A stretch of 64,000 nt of DNA from Actinomycetota bacterium (GTDB lineage: Bacteria > Actinomycetota > Actinomycetes > Mycobacteriales > SCTD01), in contig JAHWJP010000001.1 of assembly GCA_019348355.1 (NCBI GenBank), positions 12,752-76,751 on the forward strand. Reading direction: 5' to 3'. The notes beneath the pieces are model-generated. The model ran no database searches. It was not told where the DNA came from and saw only the letters and a list, made by a program, of their open reading frames with translations. Position numbers and translations under genes: made by a program. Of this stretch, positions 63,284-64,000 are shown piece by piece; the first letter of the stretch is position 1; every line of letters starts with the position of its first letter.

Positions 63284-64000
63284 ATGTCGCTCGGACAGTC
63301 ATATCAACGCAGACTTGTGAGCCTCGCGGCCATCGCGGTGCTGGCCCTGACCGGCTGCGGCAGCAGCGGCTCCAGCGCTGACACCGCGACCGAGCGGCCG
63401 ACCCTGCGCTTCGCGGTCGGGCCGTTCCTGCCGAGCCCGGCCGACACGCGCTCCGCGTACGAGCCGTTCTTTCGAACCATCGCCGAGAAGGTCGGCGCCG
63501 ACTACGAGCTCGAGGTCAGCAGCGACTACGCCGGGCTCGCCGTCTCCCTCGCCAGCGGCAAGACCGACCTCGCCTGGATGGGGCCGTTCGGCTACGTGCT
63601 GGCCGCCGACAAGGGTGGGGCAGAGGCGATCGCGACGGTGGAGTACGACGGCAAGCCGGTCTACAAGTCGATCGTCGTCGCACCGGCGGACACCAAGGTC
63701 ATGGACTATCCGCGCGACGCCAAGGGCCTGCGGATGTCGTTCGCCGAGACGGCCTCGACCTCCGGCTGGCTCATCCCCACCTACCTGCTGAAGCAGGAGG
63801 GCATCGACCCGAAGACCTACTTCGACTACAGCGAGGGCGCCGCCCACCCGGCGCAGGAGACCGCGGTGGCCAACAACAAGGTCGACCTCGCCACCGACTT
63901 CGACCGCAACCGCAACGCCATGATCGACGCCGGCACGATCAAGGCTGAGCAGAGCAAGATCGTATGGACCTCGCCAGACCTGCCCAACGACGCGATCGCG
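63284..64000 (+). CDS. Phosphate/phosphite/phosphonate ABC substrate-binding lipoprotein (PhnD/PtxB family), partial
   Basis: Missing from the ORF track because it has no stop in the window; lipobox LTGC, DLAWMGPFGY, STSGWLIP, AAH, LPNDAI. Confidence 0.88.
   Translation, partial: MSLGQSYQRRLVSLAAIAVLALTGCGSSGSSADTATERPTLRFAVGPFLPSPADTRSAYEPFFRTIAEKVGADYELEVSSDYAGLAVSLASGKTDLAWMGPFGYVLAADKGGAEAIATVEYDGKPVYKSIVVAPADTKVMDYPRDAKGLRMSFAETASTSGWLIPTYLLKQEGIDPKTYFDYSEGAAHPAQETAVANNKVDLATDFDRNRNAMIDAGTIKAEQSKIVWTSPDLPNDAIA

Overview
High-GC Actinomycetota chromosome segment, mostly core genome. It carries dnaG-rpoD, dgt, ppdK, glyQS, era-recO-uppS, a Zur-boxed znuACB-zur operon, CIRCE-hrcA-dnaJ-rsmE-HIT-phoH-ybeY, hemW, lepA, rpsT, degV-plsY-comEA-comEC-holA, leuS, a double TerD and a ChoD-like oxidase. 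A decayed accessory region lies 3' of tRNA-Asn (1-3570) and another accessory block lies at the right end. Many genes look leaderless. Best candidates for undescribed biology: (1) an orphan AbiEi/DUF559-type nuclease gene bracketed by two collinear ~60-bp palindromes, with four more long intergenic palindromes elsewhere, resembling a REP/RAYT-like system; (2) identical promoter geometry (tandem YTGTGGACGG boxes, 38 bp, -10, 7 bp, start codon) at comEA and a Uma2 nuclease, plus perfect DnaA boxes before two other nuclease genes; (3) a convergent pair of 52%-identical, charge-complementary coiled-coil paralogs, each with an RRGR tail; (4) a degenerate metallophosphoesterase fused to a radical SAM domain ahead of a PhnD/PtxB-like binding protein; (5) a frameshift-masked toxin/immunity-like pair. 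Several frameshifts sit in homopolymers and may be sequencing errors. All calls come from reading the sequence; no searches were run.
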